Assembly (NCBI RefSeq): GCF_032062105.1
Contig: NW_026926990.1
Location: 1 to 64,000 of the forward strand
Length of the DNA stretch: 64,000 bases
Reading direction: 5' to 3'
DNA from: Saccostrea cucullata
Taxonomy: Eukaryota
In this document: positions 63,259 through 64,000 of the stretch, piece by piece
Position numbering within the stretch: the stretch's first letter is position 1
Layout: each line of letters begins with the position of its first letter
Program-made: the position numbers and the translations under genes
The notes under the pieces: generated by a model
Seen by the model: only the letters and a program-made list of their open reading frames with translations
Told to the model about the DNA's origin: nothing
The model's database searches: none

Positions 63259-64000
63259 AAGTCATTCATGCAGAAAATGTAGGTGAAGATTACCTAATTA
63301 TGGTACTGATATTGTTGGTTACCCATGATGTGTAGACTGACAAATTATCATGCCACTATAAGTTATAGTTGCTGAGATATGGACCTCCACCATAAATTTA
63401 TGCAAAGTCACTCATGCGGAAAAATGTAGGTCAAGATGACCTAATTCTGGTACAGGCGTTTGTGGTTACCCATGATGTATCCACTGACAAATTATCATGC
63501 CACTATAAGTTATAGTTGCTGAGATATGGACCTCCACCATAAATTTATGGAAAGTCACTCATGCGGAAAAATGTAGGTCAAGATGACCTAATTCTGGTAC
63601 AGGCGTTTGTGGTTACCCATGATGTATCCACTGACTAACTATCATGCCACTATAAGTTATAGTTGCTGAAATATGAACCTCCATTATCAATTTAACCAAA
63701 GTCATTCATGCAGAAAAATGTAGGTCAAAATGACCTAATTCTGGTACTGATGTTGTTGGTTACTTATAACCTGTACAATGACAAATCATCATGCCATTAT
63801 AAGTTATAGATGCTGAGATATGGACCTCCACCAAAAATTTAACCAAAGTCACTCATGCAGAAAAATGTAGGTCAAGATGACCTAATTCTGGTACTGACGT
63901 TTGTGGTTACCCATGATGTATCCACTGACTAATTATCATATCCCTATAACTTATAGTTGCTGGAATATAGGTCTTCACCATAAATTATCATGAAAAAACT
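63259..64000. repeat. ~147-bp satellite array, at least 5 copies, runs off the window
   Basis: aagtca(c/t)tcatgc at 63259, 63405, 63552, 63699 and ~63846. Confidence 0.9.

Overview
AT-rich eukaryotic genomic DNA, most likely from an oyster (Ostreidae), judging by the ~166-bp Cg170/HindIII-type satellite and Pearl/HINE-type elements. Three spliced genes were reconstructed by hand with consistent reading-frame phases. (1) Coatomer subunit delta (ARCN1), + strand, 12 coding exons, 509 aa. (2) A PX-SH3-RhoGAP gene of the ARHGAP32/33/CdGAPr type, + strand, ~2,475 aa, with a 5.2-kb terminal exon, two candidate first coding exons and one unresolved splice donor. (3) A PhyH-family Fe(II)/2-oxoglutarate dioxygenase, - strand, 10 coding exons, 313 aa. 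There is also an intronless 144-aa orphan ORF. Introns and intergenic DNA hold many non-autonomous DNA elements: satellite-carrying HINEs, TIR elements with 5, 6, 8 or 9-bp target-site duplications (TSDs), nested and self-nested insertions, and an interstitial telomeric tract. The most unusual pattern is that the exon 3' end plus its splice donor is tandemly amplified into the next intron in two genes, and part of an exon is duplicated in the third. No prokaryote-type system (CRISPR, operon) is present.
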